From Acidobacteriota bacterium (GTDB taxonomy: Bacteria; Acidobacteriota; Terriglobia; Terriglobales; Acidobacteriaceae): a stretch of 38,135 bases of DNA. Positions 25,773-34,775 of this stretch are shown piece by piece; within the stretch, counting starts at the first letter, position 1; every line of letters begins with the position of its first letter. Made by a program: the position numbers and the translations under genes. The stretch spans positions 4,099 through 42,233 of the forward strand of contig QHZW01000125.1 of NCBI GenBank assembly GCA_003224815.1. The letters run 5' to 3'. Under the pieces are notes generated by a model that saw only the letters and a program-made list of their open reading frames with translations, was not told where the DNA came from and did not search any database.

Positions 25773-26459
25773 GTGGCATCGCGGCGCGGCAGTTTCATTA
25801 CATTTGAAGGACTCGACGGATGTGGCAAGAGCACGCAACTGGAGCGGCTTGCGGGAAAGCTTCGCGAAACGGGCGTCTCGGTGACCTCCACGCGCGAACC
25901 CGGAGGGACTGCGACCGGAAACAAGATTCGTGAACTCCTGCTTGATACGCGAACTGGAAATCTTGATCCCAGGGCCGAACTTGCGTTGATGTTCGCATCC
26001 AGGGCGCAACATCTGTCTGAAATTATTCTGCCGGCGTTAGCAGCAGGTGAGACAGTGCTCTGTGATCGCTTCACCGATTCCAGTGAAGCGTACCAGGGCG
26101 GGGGCCGCAAACTCGGGAGCCTGCCAGTGCTCGAACTGCATCGCGTGCTCTGCGGAGGCATAAAACCCGATCTGACAATTCTGATGGATTCGGATGTAGC
26201 CGCCAGCGTGCAGCGGGCTCGCAGGCGCAATAAAGCTCAGATCTCTTCCGATAGTGCCGACGAAAACCGATTTGAAAGTGAGAACCGCACGTTCTTCACC
26301 CGTGTGCACACTGCATATCTGGAGATCGCAAAACGCGAGCCGGAGCGGGTATTCGTCTTGGATGCGCGTGGAACGCCCGACCAAACGCACGCAAATATTA
26401 TTGACATCGTTTTCAAGAAGCTGAGGCTCGCACCGAGCAAGGCGCAGAATGTCTCTTAA
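25773..26459 (+). CDS. tmk: Thymidylate (dTMP) kinase
   Basis: FITFEGLDGCGKSTQ P-loop, REPGGT, DRF motif. GTG start. Confidence 0.9.
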   Translation: MASRRGSFITFEGLDGCGKSTQLERLAGKLRETGVSVTSTREPGGTATGNKIRELLLDTRTGNLDPRAELALMFASRAQHLSEIILPALAAGETVLCDRFTDSSEAYQGGGRKLGSLPVLELHRVLCGGIKPDLTILMDSDVAASVQRARRRNKAQISSDSADENRFESENRTFFTRVHTAYLEIAKREPERVFVLDARGTPDQTHANIIDIVFKKLRLAPSKAQNVS

Positions 26460-28431
26460 CCGGCGCAAGTTCCTTGAAAATGCAGCCTTGAGTGCAGTTG
26501 CCCTCAAGACCTTGCCACGTCTGCCTGCGTTCGCAGAGCAGAATTCTGTTGCATCAGCGACTAAAGCCTACGGCTCGGGTTACTTCGGCAATTGGATTGA
26601 AGACGAATTTGGACTACCGGCGTTTGCTTACAGCTGCAATCAGACCAAGGATCCCAAGGCTGTAACTCAGGTCAATCCCGGCATGCTTTCCTCGACAGAG
26701 CACATTCATCAAGTTGGCAACAATCGGATCGTGGCGATCGCATCGAACTATGGCCATGTTCGCGTGCGGCAGGACGAAGGCGCGCCGAAATTCCTGAACA
26801 ACCACGCACCGGAACGCGGGATCTATGCGGGCGGATTCGGATATCTGACCGATGGTAAAGAAGTTACGAGCACCTCGTATTCCGGAGACTCGAATTTTGA
26901 GCGCGTATTCGGAGTGGGATATTTCCGCAAGAGAATTTCGAGTACGCGGTACAAGCTTGATCAAGTCATTTTCGCGCCGTTCGGCGACGATCCAGTGCTG
27001 GTTTCGCAAGTAAAAGTTTCGAACATGACTTCCAGCGTCGCCGACCTGCGCTGGATTGAATATTGGGGCTGTCACCTGTATCAGTTTTCTTTTCGCTCGT
27101 TCATGGAAAGCTTTGGCGGTAAGAGCATGCACGAATTGCGCCGCGACTTTGGGGCACGGTTTTCGCATCGGTTCCAGCAGGTGGCAGGCAACTCAGGCTT
27201 AATGGAGGCCAAGGATTTTGCAGGTCGCGACCCCAATGAAGAACGACAGTTTCAGGCCGTGCTCGCGAACCTGGAACAGCATCCCAATCCCTTCTTGGCG
27301 CCTCCGTCGAAAGGTGTCCCGAAGAATGCCGCGTTTGATGACCTGCAGCCTCCGCCGACGTTCCTGATTTCCCTCGATGCTCCCGCCGACGCGATGAGCA
27401 GCGATGCGAAAACTTTCTTCGGCAGCGGGGGAATGGATCACCCCAGCGGACTCAATCAGCCACTGGATGGGAATCTCGAAAAATCGGGTACTGACAGCGG
27501 ACTCTTGCTGGAACGCAAGTTATCTCTCAAGCCGGGCGAGAGTCGCACGCTGACTTTTTTATACGGTTATATCCCTTCCGGTTTCGACTTGGATGGGCTG
27601 ATCACCAAGTATCGCCAAACCGCTGCCACAGCCCTGCGCGATTCCAGCGCCGAATGGAAGAAGCACGGCCTGCACTTCAGCACAGAAGCCGAACCGTGGG
27701 TTGAGCGCGAGGTCACGTGGAATCATTACTACCTTCGTAGCGGGCTAACCTACGACGACTTCTTCCACCAGCACATCATTTCGCAAGCCAGTATTTATCA
27801 ATATGTGATGGGATTTCAAGGAGCAGCGCGCGATCCCTTGCAGCACGTGCTTCCGTTCCTGTTCAGCGATCCCGATCTGGTCAAGGAAGTTCTGCGCTAC
27901 ACGTTGAAGGAAGTACGAGGCGACGGTTCAATTCCATACGGCATTGTTGGTCACGGCATGATCATGCCGACTGTTTCTGACAATTCCAGCGACATGCCGC
28001 TGTGGCTGATTTGGGTAGTGTGCGAATACATCCTAGCAACCCGTGATGTGCGCTTCCTCGACTCAGAAGTGGTGACTGTTTACGGCTCTGACCCTAACGC
28101 GATCCGTGGCTTGGGTTCAGGTCGAGACACAGTACGCAACTTGCTTGCGCGTTCTTACAAGCACCTGACGCAGGACGTCAAAACCGGCGAACACGGATTG
28201 ATGCGCATGCTGCAGGAAGACTGGAACGACGCGCTCGTAACGGCATGGGTCCCGCAATCTGATGTGAAGGAGTGCATCGATAAAGGCGAGAGCGTGGTCA
28301 ACTCGGCCATGGCTGCCTATGTTTTCGATTACTACGCTCGCATGCTTGCGTACAATGGGCCGGGACATGGTTCCGGCGAGCGTGGCTCGGACCGGACATC
28401 GGATGGCTGGGCGAGAAGTGCATGTGGATAG
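26449..28431 (+). CDS. GH94/cellobiose-phosphorylase-like protein, N-terminal and most of the catalytic part, with a Tat signal (fragment 1 of a frameshifted gene)
   Basis: RRKFLENAAL...AFA Tat-like signal. FGVGYFRK, DDPVLVSQVKVSNMTS...IEYWG and GFQGAARDPLQHVLPF follow the GH94-like pattern. The frame ends in an implausible Gly/Ser/Arg tail. Confidence 0.7.
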   Translation: MSLNRRKFLENAALSAVALKTLPRLPAFAEQNSVASATKAYGSGYFGNWIEDEFGLPAFAYSCNQTKDPKAVTQVNPGMLSSTEHIHQVGNNRIVAIASNYGHVRVRQDEGAPKFLNNHAPERGIYAGGFGYLTDGKEVTSTSYSGDSNFERVFGVGYFRKRISSTRYKLDQVIFAPFGDDPVLVSQVKVSNMTSSVADLRWIEYWGCHLYQFSFRSFMESFGGKSMHELRRDFGARFSHRFQQVAGNSGLMEAKDFAGRDPNEERQFQAVLANLEQHPNPFLAPPSKGVPKNAAFDDLQPPPTFLISLDAPADAMSSDAKTFFGSGGMDHPSGLNQPLDGNLEKSGTDSGLLLERKLSLKPGESRTLTFLYGYIPSGFDLDGLITKYRQTAATALRDSSAEWKKHGLHFSTEAEPWVEREVTWNHYYLRSGLTYDDFFHQHIISQASIYQYVMGFQGAARDPLQHVLPFLFSDPDLVKEVLRYTLKEVRGDGSIPYGIVGHGMIMPTVSDNSSDMPLWLIWVVCEYILATRDVRFLDSEVVTVYGSDPNAIRGLGSGRDTVRNLLARSYKHLTQDVKTGEHGLMRMLQEDWNDALVTAWVPQSDVKECIDKGESVVNSAMAAYVFDYYARMLAYNGPGHGSGERGSDRTSDGWARSACG

Positions 28432-29198
28432 AGCCGCAACCGTGGGCGCTGATCAGCCGAATCACCAACGAGCAGCAGACGAAGACGCTAGTGCAGAGTA
28501 TGGATCAGGAACTGCGTCGGCCTTCTCCGATTGGCGCCATCCAGCTTACGCCGGGGCCGGACCAGGAAACGCACGGAGAATGGAAGACCGAACCGGGGAC
28601 ATCAGTGAACGGCGGGGTGTGGCTGTCCTTAAATCAAACGTTGATCTGGGCGCTCGCCGGAGTGAATGGCGAGATGGCATGGGATGAATGGAAAAAGAAT
28701 TCGTTCGCAAGACACGCAGAAACTTATCCTGACGTGTGGTATGGAACATGGAGCGGTCCGGACGTACTGAATTCGGTGAACAGTAAGCGTCCTGGCGAAA
28801 CCACAGGGGGGGTGCCATTCGGCTGGACAGATTTTCCGGTATTGAATATGCATGCCCATGCATGCTCGTTGTATTCCCTTGCCAAACTGTTGGGACTGGA
28901 GTTCTTTGAAGCCGGTGTCATATGGACGCCCAAGATTCCGCTGGCGACATTTCGATTTGAATCGCCGCTGCTGGGCTTGATTAAGTCCGCTAACGGTTAT
29001 GAAGGCTGGTACAACCCAAGTGCGCAGAATACGTGGAGTGTTCGCCTCAGGCTCACAACCGGCGAAGCGAAACGGTTTGCGCGAGTCGAAGCGAATGGCG
29101 AAAGAGTGCATCATCCGCGGACGATAGACGATGCAGTTGAAATGCGCGGCACCGGCGGGAATGGGAAGGCGTTCAAGTGGGCGGTTTCGAGAGGCTAA
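28422..29198 (+). CDS. C-terminal part of the same GH94-like protein (fragment 2, shifted frame)
   Basis: This frame is open from 28284 and reads QWAGTWFRRAW...MWIEPQPWALIS, the WDGxWFxRA...EPQ segment expected mid-barrel in this family. Confidence 0.65.
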   Translation: MWIEPQPWALISRITNEQQTKTLVQSMDQELRRPSPIGAIQLTPGPDQETHGEWKTEPGTSVNGGVWLSLNQTLIWALAGVNGEMAWDEWKKNSFARHAETYPDVWYGTWSGPDVLNSVNSKRPGETTGGVPFGWTDFPVLNMHAHACSLYSLAKLLGLEFFEAGVIWTPKIPLATFRFESPLLGLIKSANGYEGWYNPSAQNTWSVRLRLTTGEAKRFARVEANGERVHHPRTIDDAVEMRGTGGNGKAFKWAVSRG

Positions 29199-29216
29199 GG
29201 TGTTTGGAGACGCAAT

Positions 29217-30329
29217 TTGGGATTTTCTGACTTTCACGGCAACTCTGAAGTAGTACATCGTATGCGCGAGATGTTGGCGCGCGACCGTTTTCCGCATGGT
29301 GTGATCCTTGCGGGACGCTCCGGTTCCGGCAAATACACTCTAGCTACCATGATCGCTCGCGCGATGAACTGCCTGGAGCGTCCGACGAGCGACACCTTGC
29401 CGGATTTCTGTGGCCGTTGTTCGAATTGCGTGCGCATCGGGTTATCAGAGGATCTAGACGCTCGCTGCGCTGAGGCTACCGAAATGCGGGAAGGACTCAA
29501 GGAAACTGAGAAGAAAGAAACGCGACTGTTTGTCCAGACGCATCCTGACGTCCTGATCATTCCTCCCGATCCGCCGCAGATGATGATCAAAGTGGACCAG
29601 GTGCGGCGCGTGATTAACACGATCTACTACCGACCGGCAGAAGCACGTGAACGCATCTTCATCTTTACCGACGCGGCGTTTATGAAGGAAGCGGCCAATT
29701 CCCTGCTCAAGGTCCTTGAGGAACCGCCGGAATTTGCGACGATATTTTTGCTGGCTGAAACTGCCGGAGAGTTGCTGCCAACCATCCGCTCGCGTTGCAT
29801 GGTTCTGCCGCTTCAGAATCTCACGACAGCGGACTTGGAGAGCTATCTCGCCACGCATCGCCCGGAATGGAAACCGCCTCAGCGGGCGCTGGTAGCGCGG
29901 CTTTCGGAAGGCGCGGTCGGGCGCGCGAGAAGCTTCGACTTGCCGGCGTATTCCGCAGCGCGCGAGCATGCACTAACTATTTTGCGAACGGCTTTGCGCT
30001 CGGGCGAGCACAGTGAACTATTCAAGATGACGGAAACGTATCGAGCAGGAGCGGAGGGCCGCGCAAAGTTGGATCTCCTGCTGCGCTGCACATACTCGTT
30101 GTTGCAGGATTTACTCTTTCTGAATTCGGGATCACCAGAATTGGTGCGCAATACCGACATTCTTGCCGAACTTCAAAAGCTGGGACAGAATGCCAGTTTC
30201 GAGTGGCTGGCGTCCGCTTCAGATCGCCTGGCAGAAGTCGAGCGTGGCATGCGAAGAAACCTGCTCCGATCTCTTTCTCTCGATGCGATGGAAGCGGCGC
30301 TGGAAAGCAATGCAGAAGTAAGAAGGTAG
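29217..30329 (+). CDS. holB: DNA polymerase III delta-prime subunit
   Basis: HGVILAGRSGSGKYTLA, Zn module FCGRCSNCVRI, SLLKVLEEPP, SRC motif (IRSRCMVL). TTG start with GGAGA SD. Confidence 0.85.
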   Translation: MGFSDFHGNSEVVHRMREMLARDRFPHGVILAGRSGSGKYTLATMIARAMNCLERPTSDTLPDFCGRCSNCVRIGLSEDLDARCAEATEMREGLKETEKKETRLFVQTHPDVLIIPPDPPQMMIKVDQVRRVINTIYYRPAEARERIFIFTDAAFMKEAANSLLKVLEEPPEFATIFLLAETAGELLPTIRSRCMVLPLQNLTTADLESYLATHRPEWKPPQRALVARLSEGAVGRARSFDLPAYSAAREHALTILRTALRSGEHSELFKMTETYRAGAEGRAKLDLLLRCTYSLLQDLLFLNSGSPELVRNTDILAELQKLGQNASFEWLASASDRLAEVERGMRRNLLRSLSLDAMEAALESNAEVRR

Positions 30330-30464
30330 AAGGCAGAAGTACAAACAACTTCTAACGTCTTCGTTCTTCCCTGGCCTGCCTATTTTTTCTTCCGACTTCT
30401 CCACAGCCTCGCTGGAGTATACTGCGCTCAACACTTCAATTTTTCTTTCCAGGGTGCAGCAATC

Positions 30465-31001
30465 ATGAGCTTAAGGACAGTCGAAGAGGTATCCACGCAG
30501 GTTCCCGCAGACGATTTTCAGGCGCTGGAAGACAAGGTTTATCGCACTATTGAGCTATACAAGTCATCCCGTGAGGCGCGTGCGATTGCCGAACGCGATG
30601 CACAACGCCTCCGCGAGCAACTTGAGGAACGTGAAGAAGAAGTTGAGAGCATGCGGGGAGCACCTATGGCAACGGCGACAAAACCTCCGCACATGCAAGA
30701 TGCCACGAACAGCAGTGTCCGCGTGGAGATCTTCGATCAGGGTTACAACTTGCGCGGAACCGATCCTGATTACATTCTCCGTCTCGCTGAATACGTAGAT
30801 ACGAAAATGCGCGCCGTCTCGGAACAGACGCATACGGTGGATACCGCTCGCCTGGCTGTTCTCGCCGCCATTAACATCGCCGATGAGTACCACCTGCTCA
30901 AGCGAAGGATGGACGGCGGGAGTTCAGACTCTTCGAAACGCACAAGCCAGCTACTTAGTGCACTAGATGAAGTCTTAGTTGATAAACGACTGAAAAGCTG
31001 A
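30465..31001 (+). CDS. zapA: Cell division protein ZapA with an N-terminal ZapB-like coiled-coil extension
   Basis: C-terminal VRVEIFDQGYNLRG...AVLAAINIADEY is ZapA-like. N-terminal FQALEDKVYRTIELYK...REQLEEREEEVE resembles ZapB. Confidence 0.8.
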   Translation: MSLRTVEEVSTQVPADDFQALEDKVYRTIELYKSSREARAIAERDAQRLREQLEEREEEVESMRGAPMATATKPPHMQDATNSSVRVEIFDQGYNLRGTDPDYILRLAEYVDTKMRAVSEQTHTVDTARLAVLAAINIADEYHLLKRRMDGGSSDSSKRTSQLLSALDEVLVDKRLKS

Positions 31002-31011
31002 TAATTGGCTT

Positions 31012-31935
31012 CTACGAAGCCCGCCGAAGGAACGTGGCTTCTCCGCCGCGTTTAGCGATTGAAGTAAGCACCAATTCCGCTCTTAAGCCGCGATCCTTCA
31101 ATCTTGCTGCGACTTTGGCTTGCGCCTTCTCCGCGGGAATTTCCGGGTCAAGAAACAGTAATACTGAAGGGCCTGCACCGCTCAACGCGACCCCGAGCAC
31201 TCCGTCTCCCGAGCGAAAATTCTGCAGCGCCGGGAGAAGCGGGCATAGATCAGCCCGATACGGCTGATGAATACGGTCGTCGAGAGAGGTGGCCAACAGC
31301 TTCCGGTCGCCTTGAAACAGCGCGGCCAGCAGCAACATGGAATTCTGAATATTGGCTACGGCATCCGCGCGGGAATATTCCTTCGGCAAAACCGATCTGG
31401 CTTTTTCCGTGGCGAGGGCCTCGTCGGGTATCGCAAGCATGAGCGGCCACTTCCCTTTTGGCACGAATCGCGCCACTTGGGCTTCTGCTTCTCCCATCAT
31501 GCGAGCGACAGTGACTCCGCCCATCCAACAGGCGGCGGCATTGTCGGGATGATGCTCGCGCTGTGAGGCCTCGCCAATTATGCGCGCACTGGTCCAGCGC
31601 AGACGTCCAAAATGGACTGCTAACGCGATGCCGGCCAGACGCGCAGCGGCCGAAGAACCAAAACCTTTGCCAATCGGAAAGGCGTTGTGGATGGTTAACG
31701 CTAAAGCGGACGCTGGCCTATGTTCGGCTTTGAGTACCTCGTTGTAAGTAGTAAGAATCAGATGGCCTTCGGCACGGCCGCAGATATCAAGGTCGCGGCC
31801 GCTGGCTGTAATGGAAAGCTTCTTTGCCTTAGTCGCGCGCACCCGAAGTGCGAGATCAAGTGCCAAGGCGGCCGCGTCGAATGCGGGGCCGAGGTTTGCC
31901 GAGGTGGCCGGAAGGCTGATGCTGAATTCAGTCAT
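31012..31935 (-). CDS. thrB: Homoserine kinase
   Basis: LPATSANLGPAFD and PIGKGFGSSAAA. ATG at 31935 chosen; GTG at 31968 is the ORF-track alternative. Confidence 0.9.
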   Translation of the reverse strand: MTEFSISLPATSANLGPAFDAAALALDLALRVRATKAKKLSITASGRDLDICGRAEGHLILTTYNEVLKAEHRPASALALTIHNAFPIGKGFGSSAAARLAGIALAVHFGRLRWTSARIIGEASQREHHPDNAAACWMGGVTVARMMGEAEAQVARFVPKGKWPLMLAIPDEALATEKARSVLPKEYSRADAVANIQNSMLLLAALFQGDRKLLATSLDDRIHQPYRADLCPLLPALQNFRSGDGVLGVALSGAGPSVLLFLDPEIPAEKAQAKVAARLKDRGLRAELVLTSIAKRGGEATFLRRAS

Positions 31936-31988
31936 GGGTCTTTGAAAACCGCTAACCACAAAGGACACTAAGGTGCGCGAAGGAAAAT

Positions 31989-33347
31989 CTACTTCTCTGA
32001 TGTATGCAGTAATTCGACTACGGCCTCAACGCTCGGTTCCAGTATGAGGGGGGCACGCTGGTGAGACTTCAACGTTCTGCCTTCGGCCTCTTGCGGCATG
32101 CCTTCGAAGAGATCTCCCCTATGAAATTTCAAGGTGAAATCAGCGTCTTTCAGCACGTGTCCCGTAAGAATCAAAGCCACGCTTTCATTCGCCTTTACGA
32201 ATCCCTGCTTCACAAGCTTCTTTAATCCTGCAAGCGTGACTGCTGACGCAGGCTCGCACCCAATTCCTTCTGACCCGATTTCGGCTTTGGCCAGAGCGAT
32301 CTCGATTTCGCTCACCTGTTCCACAGTGCCTTCACTCTCGGTGATCACGCGCAGGGCTTTCTTCCATGAAGCTGGATTGCCGATGCGAATCGCTGTCGCC
32401 ATAGTTTCCGCATGAACCGGGATAAGCTTTTCGCCTGCGTTCTCGCGAATTGTACGTACCAGTGGATTGGCGCCTTCCGCCTGAATGACCGAAATCTTCG
32501 GCATCCGCGAAATCAAGCCAATCTGTCTCATTTCGCGCAGGGCTTTTCCAATGGCTGACGAGTTCGCCAGATTTCCACCAGGAACGATGATGTGATCCGG
32601 AGGCTCCCAGTTCAATTGCTCCAGGAGTTCGAACGCTGCCGTCTTCTGGCCTTCAACCCGGTATGGATTCACCGAATTCAGCAGATAGACCGGCATGCGC
32701 TCGACAACCTCGTTGAGCACGCGCACGCATCCGTCAAAGTCCGTCTTGAGCTGACAAGTGATCGCTCCGTAGTCCAGCGATTGCGAAAGCTTGCCCCACG
32801 AGATCTTTCCATCAGGTATGAGCACAAGGCTGTGCAGACCGCCGCGGGCGGCATACGCCGCCATCGAAGCCGAAGTGTTGCCGGTGGAAGCGCATGCTAC
32901 CCATTTGTATCCGGCTTGCCGCGCGAATGATGCGGCGACCGTCATTCCGGTATCTTTGAATGAGCCTGTCGGATTCATGCCCTGGTGCTTTGCGAAGAGA
33001 TGATCAATTCCTGCCGATGTGGCGCAGCTTGGTAACTCGTAGAGCGGTGTGTTGCCTTCCCGAATGGTGATGATCTGCTGGCTGGCGATGTCAGGCAGGA
33101 TTTCGCGGAAGCGCCAAACGCCGCTCTGGTCGGCAGGTTCAAGCGACGGTCGCCGATCGCTCCAAAGATTCTTCAGAGACTGTGCGGTCAGTCCTGCGGG
33201 GCCGCCCTGCTCCCAGCCAGGAAAAATTATTTCGAGAAGATCGCGGCAGTGCTCGCAACGGAAGCGGTCGGGCAGCGCAGTACTGCCGCAGCCAATGCAA
33301 CGCAGTTGCGACACAGATGTCTCCCGCTTGATCGCCTGTTCCGCCAT
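31989..33347 (-). CDS. thrC: Threonine synthase with an N-terminal zinc ribbon
   Basis: CIGCG...CEHC ribbon and the PLP-lysine motif NPTGSFKDTGM. Confidence 0.9.
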   Translation of the reverse strand: MAEQAIKRETSVSQLRCIGCGSTALPDRFRCEHCRDLLEIIFPGWEQGGPAGLTAQSLKNLWSDRRPSLEPADQSGVWRFREILPDIASQQIITIREGNTPLYELPSCATSAGIDHLFAKHQGMNPTGSFKDTGMTVAASFARQAGYKWVACASTGNTSASMAAYAARGGLHSLVLIPDGKISWGKLSQSLDYGAITCQLKTDFDGCVRVLNEVVERMPVYLLNSVNPYRVEGQKTAAFELLEQLNWEPPDHIIVPGGNLANSSAIGKALREMRQIGLISRMPKISVIQAEGANPLVRTIRENAGEKLIPVHAETMATAIRIGNPASWKKALRVITESEGTVEQVSEIEIALAKAEIGSEGIGCEPASAVTLAGLKKLVKQGFVKANESVALILTGHVLKDADFTLKFHRGDLFEGMPQEAEGRTLKSHQRAPLILEPSVEAVVELLHTSEK

Positions 33348-33386
33348 GAATTTCGAGAAGTTTTAGGATAACAGAGTAAAAAGAGC

Positions 33387-33842
33387 TTACTTGCTTCGAA
33401 GATAGCTATCGGTCTTGTTAATCCAGTCGGCGCGCGGCGGCGTAAAGATATCAATCGCCAAAACGTCTGACATGGCCTCAGCTTTGTGCGGCATGTTTGG
33501 CGGGATGGTGAGGATCTCGCCGGGGCCGACGAGGATCTCCTTCCCATCGATGAAGAACTTGAGTGTGCCTTCCAAGATTGTGCTCACCTGCTCGTTGATG
33601 TGGCTATGCATTGGCACAATGCAGCCCTTTCGAAGCAGGATTCGCGCAAGCATAACCTGCTGGCCCACGATCAACTGACGCTCGAAAAGCGGTGTGAGAA
33701 TTTCGCGCTCGACCGTTTCCCAGGCCAGATGCTTTAATTCCGGAGTTTTCTTTCTCCGGCTCACCGTGCTGTTTAAAGCGACCCGAGCGGTCTTTCGTCG
33801 CACCATCTTCTTTTTCTTCCCAGCTTTGGATTTCATCATCAC
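33387..33842 (-). CDS. Cupin-domain protein with a Lys/Arg-rich N-terminal extension
   Basis: PMHSHINEQV...GEILTIPPNMPHKAEA cupin motifs. GTGA overlap with the SDR stop. An internal Met start is possible. Confidence 0.75.
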   Translation of the reverse strand: MMMKSKAGKKKKMVRRKTARVALNSTVSRRKKTPELKHLAWETVEREILTPLFERQLIVGQQVMLARILLRKGCIVPMHSHINEQVSTILEGTLKFFIDGKEILVGPGEILTIPPNMPHKAEAMSDVLAIDIFTPPRADWINKTDSYLRSK

Positions 33843-34627
33843 AGTCCTTTATACGCTCCACCGTCCACCAGGATTGTTTGCCCGGTTACGTACGAGGCGC
33901 GTTCCGACGCCAGCCAGACAATGACATCCGCCACTTCGCGCGGCTTGGCGACACGCTTCAGCGCGGAATCGGCGGCCCAGGTGGCAAAAATTTCATCTTG
34001 GCTCTTGCCCTGCGAAGTGGACTTCGCATCAGCAAGTTCCTTCAGCCGATCTGTCGCCGTGTATCCCGGCCCAACGTTATTGACGAGAATGCCGTCTTTC
34101 CCGAATTCGTTGGACAGGGTTTTGACGAGTCCCACAACCGCCGCGCGAACCGCATTCGAAAGCACCAGATCGGGCACCGGTTGTTTGGTGGAAATCGAAG
34201 TCAAGGTAATGAACCGTCCCCAGCACTTTCGCTGCATATGGGGAATGACTTCACGGGCAAAATGCACAGCGCTCAAGAAATTTGTATCGACCGCCTTCCG
34301 CCATTCTTCTATCGAGGCCGCGAGAAAACCTTTCGCCGGCGGCCCACCGGCGTTCGCTACACAAATATCTACTTGCCCGAACCGCTTGGCGACGGATTCT
34401 ACAAAGCCGTGGACTGCGACTCCATCAGTCACATCAACGGCTTGCGTTAAGACCTCAACTCTCGATTGCGCGCGAATCTTCTTCGCGGCGGCCTCCAGCT
34501 TCGCTCCATTTCGGGCGCAGATGGCAACATTGCATCCCTCGGCAGCGAAGGCCTCTGCCGTGGCTAGCCCGATACCCTGGCTTGAGCCGGCAACGACGGC
34601 AACCCTTCCTTTTAAGCCGGTTTCCAT
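33839..34627 (-). CDS. SDR-family oxidoreductase (3-oxoacyl-ACP reductase-like)
   Basis: VAGSSQGIGLA cofactor motif and NAGG motif (VANAGGPP). Confidence 0.9.
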   Translation of the reverse strand: METGLKGRVAVVAGSSQGIGLATAEAFAAEGCNVAICARNGAKLEAAAKKIRAQSRVEVLTQAVDVTDGVAVHGFVESVAKRFGQVDICVANAGGPPAKGFLAASIEEWRKAVDTNFLSAVHFAREVIPHMQRKCWGRFITLTSISTKQPVPDLVLSNAVRAAVVGLVKTLSNEFGKDGILVNNVGPGYTATDRLKELADAKSTSQGKSQDEIFATWAADSALKRVAKPREVADVIVWLASERASYVTGQTILVDGGAYKGL

Positions 34628-34775
34628 AAGCAGTGAATTATAAGACGCAGGGTACTTATGCGCAGAGACAGCGCGCCTGCTCGTGCTTTATTTATTTGCT
34701 AGACTGGTCGAGTTCTCAGGCCACTTTGTAACGGCTACAGCCATCCGACCGCACGTCACTGGAGGTTTACCAGCC

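Noticed and set aside
28319-28687. 122-aa ORF in the third plus-strand frame at the GH94-like junction
   Set aside because: The translation is Arg/Ala/Gly-rich with no family signal. The other two frames carry the recognisable GH94-like segments.
31002-31011. 6S RNA (ssrS) expected downstream of zapA
   Set aside because: Only 10 nt separate zapA from the convergent thrB end. The 135-nt region upstream of zapA is too short and shows no long 6S-like imperfect duplex.
33921-34643. 240-aa plus-strand ORF
   Set aside because: It is antisense to a clear SDR gene with intact cofactor motifs. The translation is Ser/Thr/Ala/Pro-rich with no motif.
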